64,000 nt of DNA from Schizosaccharomyces osmophilus (lineage: Eukaryota): contig NC_079238.1 of the NCBI RefSeq assembly GCF_027921745.1, positions 3,038,001 through 3,102,000 of the forward strand, written 5' to 3'. The translations under genes were made by a program, and so were the position numbers. This document shows, piece after piece, positions 58,001 to 64,000 of this stretch (positions within the stretch are counted from its first letter, which is position 1; each line of letters starts with the position of its first letter). The notes under the pieces were generated by a model. It had not been told where the DNA came from, searched no databases, and saw only the letters and a list, made by a program, of their open reading frames with translations.

Positions 58001-59218
58001 ATGAAGATATGAGTGGTTTTTAGGCCGAACATAATACTCTCTGGACCAAATCCCAGGACGATCTAGTGATAAGGGATTCTTCACCGGTTTATCTTTTAAT
58101 AAAGAAATGGGTAAAAGAAGACGCCATGCAAGTACTTCTTCCACATCTTCCGAATAGGAGACACACTCATCACATAATCGTCGTCGTAATAATTTTTGAA
58201 TCGATGATGCAAATGTCTTGGGGTTTTGATCATAATAGAAAAAATACAAGACTCTTTTGCAACGCCAACAACGAAACCTTACGTTTTTGGTATAGGAAAC
58301 TAAACGAAGATTATCATTTGCGGAAGAAAAAGTAGACGGAATGTCCAGAGTATCGTTCAATCCATATCCCGATAAAATACAATTATTTAAAAGTAAAAGA
58401 GAAGAGGACTTTGAACAAGAAGAGCAAGAGTAACCCTCGACAGCAATTTCATCTTGGCGAATTTTAGTTAAGGTTGACGTTCCTGAGCATTCCACGTGAA
58501 AGGTATTTGTGCAGGTTTTACAGTAAATAAATTTTCGATTATCGTCTTTACCCTCATGATGATGGCACTTAGTACACGCCGACGTATGCGTGAATTTAGC
58601 AAAAGCATTCAGTATTAAAGGAATCGGCTTCACCGAACTCTGAGTTAAAGCAGAATCGTCTGAATAATCAGGCATTTGGAAAGAGATATCAACACCTTCA
58701 TCGGAAGAGGATTCTTGAAACAAATCCAATTTTGGTTTGCTAATTGACTGATAGGTTTGTTTCCGCAAGTTTTTACGGCTCCGGACATCATTTTCTGTTT
58801 TCGGCGATGCAGATGCAAAAAGGTCTGCACCTTGACTACTCGATCGTTCTGAGGAAGAAGACCTGCACGAACTTCTTGATGAATCTCGAACGGAATTGGT
58901 AGATTGTTGTCTAGTATGCGAACTATCTTGCTTCATCGCCTCATGACTATTCACATCATAATCGCTGTCATCATCTACTATCCGGCGTTTTCTTTTTAAG
59001 TACTTTTGGTAACAACGTTTACCATTCTTGTATAAACAGATATCTTTCCTGTGAAGCGACGTCTCTAAGCCGGCGAGAAACGCTACATATAACCGATTTT
59101 CGTGTTCTTTCAGGACTTTCACTACCGTAGTTTCATCTGGATCATAAAATGGTAATAAAAATTCTAGAGGTTTTTTTGGAATTCGCACTTCCTTGGCGAA
59201 ACCAACATCTACGGGCAT
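55061..59218 (-). CDS. mit1: SHREC Mi-2/CHD-like remodeller Mit1 (PHD, chromo-like, SNF2 ATPase, C-terminal Cys/His zinc motif)
   Basis: PHD CTKC..CKTC..H..C..CSSC; ILADEMGLGKT, DEGQ, LTGTPLQNN, QAVARAHRYGQ. First ATG is at 59218; the ORF track starts at a TTG. Confidence 0.93.
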   Translation of the reverse strand: MPVDVGFAKEVRIPKKPLEFLLPFYDPDETTVVKVLKEHENRLYVAFLAGLETSLHRKDICLYKNGKRCYQKYLKRKRRIVDDDSDYDVNSHEAMKQDSSHTRQQSTNSVRDSSRSSCRSSSSERSSSQGADLFASASPKTENDVRSRKNLRKQTYQSISKPKLDLFQESSSDEGVDISFQMPDYSDDSALTQSSVKPIPLILNAFAKFTHTSACTKCHHHEGKDDNRKFIYCKTCTNTFHVECSGTSTLTKIRQDEIAVEGYSCSSCSKSSSLLLLNNCILSGYGLNDTLDIPSTFSSANDNLRLVSYTKNVRFRCWRCKRVLYFFYYDQNPKTFASSIQKLLRRRLCDECVSYSEDVEEVLAWRLLLPISLLKDKPVKNPLSLDRPGIWSREYYVRPKNHSYLHCFWCSASWLAGVSNAKKRNFDSRETDPHNGSLEIIPPSHITIDKVWDVQYKIPRKFKSKEKQMQALAKVDKAYVSWRGLPYSMSSWEFLGDINSFDRWKAWKEGYSDYVRTCWIEKSSKSGLSKDTDFNQLELTEQPSYIFGGKLMPYQLQGVNWLYFHWVQRQHCILADEMGLGKTVQIISFISVLYHRHHCFPFLIVVPHATVANWEREFHKWDSSLLIATLVGSERNRDIVRENRIYRNDNADGIRTHVLIVSTSCVDSEISLLRKFRWQCMIIDEGQRLKSDQSSLFNDLISIDATFKALLTGTPLQNNIRELFNLLQFLNPEEIDASELERQYQNIDEKKVTELHQMLKPFFLRRVKEEVLDKLPPKIEVIVPLTMTPLQKRLYKLIVSKNVDLIQSIVSRSNTKSNSKNTRASLSNILMQLRKTLAHPYLYSADVEVKEVPEELSIRSLEEASAKMLLLRLLLPKLIMRGHRILIFSQFILELDILEDWMDHKNISYSRFDGTTTEHDRQVEIDSFNAPNSKKSCFLLTTRAGGVGINLASADTVIILDPDFNPHQDMQAVARAHRYGQDKKVFVFSLIIRNSAEEKILQAAQKKMLLDRIIVQSMRENNESVIDLHEVLQHGVRALFEENEDIQAIRYDEESVENLITDAEQRDVSPNRDSESNSTNGFGFARVWVNNKENITVPGTDNLFKNDSTIQDDDIWSDILRQRERVTPNSSFSDNDGRKLRQRKTIMYEEGGFITSSDEEYNASNVSSDESDSSDISMATSEQAEGQMVNKQHNPPLSITKTGQPELASEKFSNEWSRMRALLAEYPSYETYDFNACIRLKAASSFMLFNDHNANGSWEPLYARNVKINDHPSAKKDLLIANSIPKSVFYNYLAGSFDDSSDTCKCCGIEHVPGRCPLNRIPLEICFLCGTPHFSGKETCPLLKDKTTVKILRNLLANSREPLLTKLLALKRLNDYLYEKDGSSS

Positions 59219-59335
59219 GCTTTGCTTAATGTTCACATTCACCAATGCCGAGTCCACGCAAGCATCGAACAAGACACGATGAATTGCGCTAAGATACGTT
59301 AATAAACAAGACGAATCTTTGAAAGAATTTTTTTC

Positions 59336-59995
59336 TTAAGTTCTTGATGAGCGTGCGTAAGGTTGTTTTTTTTGTTGGTAGGGGTGTTGCTTTCCAGTCA
59401 TATGTGGAATGTTCTGTGTCCGGGAGCGTTGGGCGCTATTCGTATACGACTGGGCAACACCAGCGTCGGGTGATGCATTCGCAACAGGCAATGTAGCTGC
59501 AACTCCTGCAGTATTAGGATAAGTTGAGTTGAATGTAGTAGCAGTAGAAATATACGGCATAGGAGCAGTGGCCGGGACTGAACTTCTCGGTGCCATGTAC
59601 ACGTTAGCAGGCACGATATTCGGCGGTGGAGGATAAGTAAACTGATATTGATACAGTTTAGCTACGTCAAAGAGTTAGCTTATATATTAAGATAAAAAGT
59701 ATTTTCTCTGAAAGAGCACGAACGTACGGGGAAAAGCGTATGCCAATGGCAGCTGCAATGAGCTTGACTCCTTATTAAAACTGCCCAGTGAAGGATCTTC
59801 TTCTAATCTTTTCTGGGCTTCTTCTTGAGCAACTCTTGTATAATAATCTTGAACGTTTTGTAGATGGGCGCGGCCTGCATTATGAGCTTTTCTTACAGAT
59901 TGACTGTCGTGTGTCAACCAGACCTGACAATAGTCGCATAAATCTACCCTGGTTAGATTTCATTTTACTTATTTAGCAACCTTACATTTTGGCAT
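59336..59995 (-). CDS. usp103: U1 snRNP protein C, 3 exons (59995-59986, 59943-59728, 59661-59336)
   Basis: Spliced zinc finger [30 protein letters not shown], then a Pro-rich tail; introns GTAAGG..CTAAC..TAG and GTACGT..CTAAC..TAG. Confidence 0.95.
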
Positions 59996-60552
59996 AGTTT
60001 CTATCTAGTTGGTCGTAGTTAGGTAGCTCTCGCTTACTTGGGTGGTATAGCACAGACTACTCAGCAGTACTGGTACCAACAAAAGCGAAGGACTATAATT
60101 AGAACTGAGTTTAGGGTTTTTATTATACAGTATTTAAGATTCCTTAAAAAGTTGATTTATTTATGAGACAGATCTCTTGATATGGATGGCCTGAGACAAT
60201 TTTTTGATGTTTTCTATGTCTTTGAAAATCTGAGCAGCCAAACGGTAGAAGGTTTCAACGTGCTTTTTTCATTGTTTTTTGTTATTCTCTTGCTTCAAAT
60301 CTGCTAATAAAATGAGTTATTAAGATTTTCTATGGAAAATCAGAGTTTAAAGGTTATAAATACTATAGGTGGTAGCTTTAATTTTCTAAATTTGTCAGAA
60401 GAATAAAAAAATCCAAATACATCATCTAGATTTAACCAAGACATAGCAATTCTCATTTTTTCTAATTCTAAGTCACGTCCCTTCGCACATCTCAAACGGT
60501 CTTTACATTAACACAGGTTTCACCCTGCAAAAATTCAGGTTTGTCACCAATC

Positions 60553-61584
60553 ATGGTTGTAAATGAAAAATCAGTGTCGGATGATATATCAGATGGTGAA
60601 GAATCATCGTTTATGCAAAAAATATTTGCATTGCCAGTGGACTCCAAAATCCAAGAGGCAATTCCAGATGAGAAACCAGAAGAGGGCGAAAATGAAGAAG
60701 TAAATGAAAATGACTCGTCCACCGAATTATCTGATAGCGCATTGGATGAAGTAGAAGGCAATGAATGGGCCGATGTACGTGTTAAATTGCTTTTTCATAG
60801 CTTGTTCGATTAACAACTATTCAGGTTAGCAGAGGCCGTTATTTTGGAGAAGACCCCTCAGAAACCATTCTTTGTCACAATTGTAAAGGTTTTGGACATA
60901 TTGCAAAAGAATGTCCTCACACATTGGTGCGTTGCATGAAAGAGACATCATCTGGCTAACTCTTAAAAGTGTACTACTTGCGGTGCAATTGATGATCATA
61001 TATCTCCACGCTGCCCGAGAACAAAACGATGCATAAATTGCGGTTTATTAGGTCATATTGCTGTGCGTTGTCCTGAATCACGTAGAAAAGGACCAAAAAG
61101 ATGCCTAACGTGCCATACTGAGTCTCATACGAGCGGGACGTGTCCCTTGATTTGGAGATACTATGTTGAATCAGAAAACGGTGTTCGGGTAGATCCCAAT
61201 GAAGTGAAAAAGTTTTGCTACAACTGTGCGTCCGGTGAACATTTTGGTGATGATTGCCCTCTTCCTTCTCGTTCTAGCTATCCCGAAAGCACCGCTTTCT
61301 GTGAAGCGAATTGTCCTACAGGGAATGATGTTTCAAACTCTGTGTTCAACGAAAACCGGAAAATAGAGAGTGGGTCTAAGAATCGAGATTTTGGTAAATC
61401 CAGAAAGAACCCAAAAAATACAAAACAACGTTCTCCAAGTGATCTGGGCTCGAGAATTGACCTAAGTGAGAGACCAAAAAGGAAGCGTTATCCTGCTAAC
61501 GACAAAAATGAATTTTCATTTCGCAATCATAATGGAAATGCTTCGCAAAAGAAACAAAAAAAAATGAAGAAAAATAGATGGTAA
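60553..61584 (+). CDS. air1: TRAMP zinc-knuckle subunit Air1, 3 exons (60553-60774, 60825-60926, 60970-61584)
   Basis: RGRYFG motif, five CCHC knuckles and the Air-specific IWRYY linker. Confidence 0.94.
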
Positions 61585-61965
61585 CATCAGAATATAAGGA
61601 TTTTTTGGGACTTTTGAAATTGGCGATGCAAACCGGATTTAATATTAGAATGATGAATTTTTTGATAGTTATGTATTATACAATTCATTGATACACTCAT
61701 ATATAATGCTTTTACACTGCTTGATAATAATTATCAATCCTTTATGAATTGTCTTAAAATTGGGTACAAATAAAATAGACTATAGTAATTACCATACGAC
61801 AAAAAAGGAAAGCCCAAAACTAATTATCCATGATGATACAAACCCAATATCAACAGTTTTAGAATAAATCAAGAAATAATAAGAAACAATAAAAATAATA
61901 GTAGGTTTTAGATTTCCGGAGAATAATGCAGTTTTAACAATTTTCGGTTCCTTTCCTTATAGTGC

Positions 61966-63960
61966 TTAAGATAGACTCTTGTGAACAATAAACTGGTGAA
62001 GAGCCTTACCACCAGGAACAAAAGGATATACATGCTCCTTTTTAGCAACCAACACTTCCATAAGAACAGGTCCTTTGGTTTCTAAAAATTGTTTCATGTT
62101 CGAAGCAAGATCCTCCTTCTTTTCGACACGCAAGGCCTTAAGTCCCATAGATTCAGCCAGTTTAGTAAAATTAGGATTCTTCTGATGAGTATGGGAATAA
62201 CGTTTTTCGTAGAAAAGATTTTGCCATTGGGTGACCATACCTTGTTCTTCGTTATTGAGTAGTAAAACCTTAATAGGAATGTCATGCTGACGGGCAGTAG
62301 CAAGTTCCATACCAGTCATAGAGAAAGAAGCATCACCATCGATATCGATAACAATTTCATTAGGGTTAGCGACGCTAGCTCCAATAGCGGCAGGCAAGCC
62401 ATAACCCATTGTACCAAGGCCACCTGAAGTAACTAAAGAACGAGGCTTGGACCAGCGATAAAAGGTAGCAGCCCACATCTGATGAGCACCAACACCTGTG
62501 GTAATGGTTACATTGTCCTTAATATTGACAGTTTGTTTGTCAAGTTCTTGAATAACCTCTTGAGGCTTAGGTGATTCACCGGGAGCGCTAGGGGTAAAGG
62601 TAAATGGGAAACGTTGCTTCCATGCTTGAATTTGAGACAACCATTCTACACGAGAATCGAGGTTGATATCGGGCATGGCCGCGTTAAGCAACTTGAGAGA
62701 CTCAAAGAGATCACCTTCTATAGCTTCGGTAGGTTGAACAACTTTCCCGATGTTCTTAGGAGAGATATCAAAGTGAATGATACCACCACGTTCTTCAGCA
62801 CCAGCGCGCTTAGCTTCGGGTGCAAAAAGAGCAACGTTACCGGTTACACGGTCATCAAAACGAGCACCAAGAGCAATGATCATATCAGCTTCTTGCATGG
62901 CCATGTTAGCATAGCCACTTCCATGCATACCAAGCATATGCAAGCTAAGGTCGCTACGTTCGTCGTAAGCACCCAAACCGAGCAAAGAAGTAGTGACTGG
63001 AATTTGAAAACGTTCGCTAAATTCACGGAGCAATTTGGGGGATTCGGAGTTATAACTAGCGCCTTGTCCACAAAATATTACGGGCTTTTTAGCACGCTGT
63101 AACAACGTAGAGACGCGTTGAATCTTAGCTTCCACATTTTTGTTACCAAATTCCAAAACTTCTCTCATCCTACGGTTCAATGAGGGAACAGAAGATGTGA
63201 CAGGGATGGGTTCTCTCAAAACACCAGCAGTAACATCCTTTGGCAAATCAACCAAAACGGGACCAGGACGACCGGACATAGCAATTTCAAATGCTTCATC
63301 TATCCGACGAGGAAGATCAGCGATGTCCTTTACCATAACATTCCATTTAGTACAAGAACGAGAAATACCGATCATGTCTGCTTCTTGGAAAGCATCACTG
63401 CCAATGGAAGAAGTAGCTACTTGACCGCTGAAAACAACCAATGGAGTACCATCCATCAAAGCATCTGCCATAGGCGTAACTACGTTTGTGGCACCAGGTC
63501 CCGAAGTAACCAAAACGACACCAGGTAATCTTGTAACACGAGAATACGCCTGAGCCGCATGACCAGCACCTTGCTCGTGTCTTGGTAAAATAAATTCAAA
63601 GTAAGGAGAGCGGTAAATGGCGTCAAATACGGGTAAAATAGCACCTCCCGGATACCCAAAAACATGCTTCACATTATTCTTTAGCATCATATCGTGAAAA
63701 ATTTCACCACCAGTCTTTCCAACATAGGAGCTATCGTATTTTATACCACTGGCTGTAGCTGTAGCTGTAGCGGTAGAGCTTGCACGGGCATTTTCACCAA
63801 GGTTTGTGTTGTGCTTAGAAGGAACAGTTTTTATACCCCTCCTCAATAACTTTGTATTGTATAATCCATTAGAAATTCCGTTAAAGCAAAGTATTTCACG
63901 TCTACAAACTGAAATTGCCGCCTTTGCTCTCAAATTTCTCAAGGGAGCTAAAGCAGTCAT
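61966..63960 (-). CDS. ilv1: Acetolactate synthase catalytic subunit, mitochondrial
   Basis: VFGYPGGAILP, PRHEQGAGH, TSGPGATN, ThDP motif GDASFSM..NN; basic presequence. First ATG is at 63960. Confidence 0.98.
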   Translation of the reverse strand: MTALAPLRNLRAKAAISVCRREILCFNGISNGLYNTKLLRRGIKTVPSKHNTNLGENARASSTATATATASGIKYDSSYVGKTGGEIFHDMMLKNNVKHVFGYPGGAILPVFDAIYRSPYFEFILPRHEQGAGHAAQAYSRVTRLPGVVLVTSGPGATNVVTPMADALMDGTPLVVFSGQVATSSIGSDAFQEADMIGISRSCTKWNVMVKDIADLPRRIDEAFEIAMSGRPGPVLVDLPKDVTAGVLREPIPVTSSVPSLNRRMREVLEFGNKNVEAKIQRVSTLLQRAKKPVIFCGQGASYNSESPKLLREFSERFQIPVTTSLLGLGAYDERSDLSLHMLGMHGSGYANMAMQEADMIIALGARFDDRVTGNVALFAPEAKRAGAEERGGIIHFDISPKNIGKVVQPTEAIEGDLFESLKLLNAAMPDINLDSRVEWLSQIQAWKQRFPFTFTPSAPGESPKPQEVIQELDKQTVNIKDNVTITTGVGAHQMWAATFYRWSKPRSLVTSGGLGTMGYGLPAAIGASVANPNEIVIDIDGDASFSMTGMELATARQHDIPIKVLLLNNEEQGMVTQWQNLFYEKRYSHTHQKNPNFTKLAESMGLKALRVEKKEDLASNMKQFLETKGPVLMEVLVAKKEHVYPFVPGGKALHQFIVHKSLS

Positions 63961-64000
63961 TTCATACACTCAGCAGCCCCTTCCTTTTTTTAAAAAATAA

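Noticed and set aside
6049..61584. Apparent clustering of splicing (cwf15, prp2, cwf25, usp103) and silencing or RNA-surveillance genes (rhn1, lsd1, mit1, air1)
   Set aside because: Interspersed with unrelated housekeeping genes and no shared regulatory motif seen; ordinary conserved synteny explains it.

Overview
Gene-dense, intron-containing fission-yeast DNA (genus Schizosaccharomyces). It is not S. pombe itself; it is probably an octosporus/cryophilus/osmophilus-type species, but the sequence alone cannot settle this. I resolve 28 protein-coding genes whose order matches, from my recall, the S. pombe chromosome II SPBC337-SPBC146-SPBP35G2 block: erg28, ubi4, ecm14, cwf15, cct8, ppk27, rhn1, sec26, myo1, coq6, mug97, mug57, lsd1, tif1102, prp2, fan1, cwf25, erv2, cut3, an orphan (SPBC146.02-like), med15, puf2, swc2, ysa1, nbr1, mit1, usp103, air1, ilv1. 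Exons were reconstructed by hand from GT..CTAAC/TTAAC..YAG signals. I saw no tRNA, 5S rDNA, LTR or wtf element. Best leads: (1) an orphan gene with three clustered Ste11 TR boxes whose protein has a MAPK-docking-like N-terminus and SPW repeats; (2) Pol II CTD-mimic repeats in the tail of the CTD-binding protein Rhn1; (3) usp103 and mit1 in one frame separated by a single TAA; (4) an 80-aa acid-free presequence on Ysa1; (5) a 33-bp antisense CDS overlap between mug97 and mug57; (6) 5'-UTR introns in myo1 and nbr1. Gene names rest on recalled protein similarity and synteny, not on database searches.
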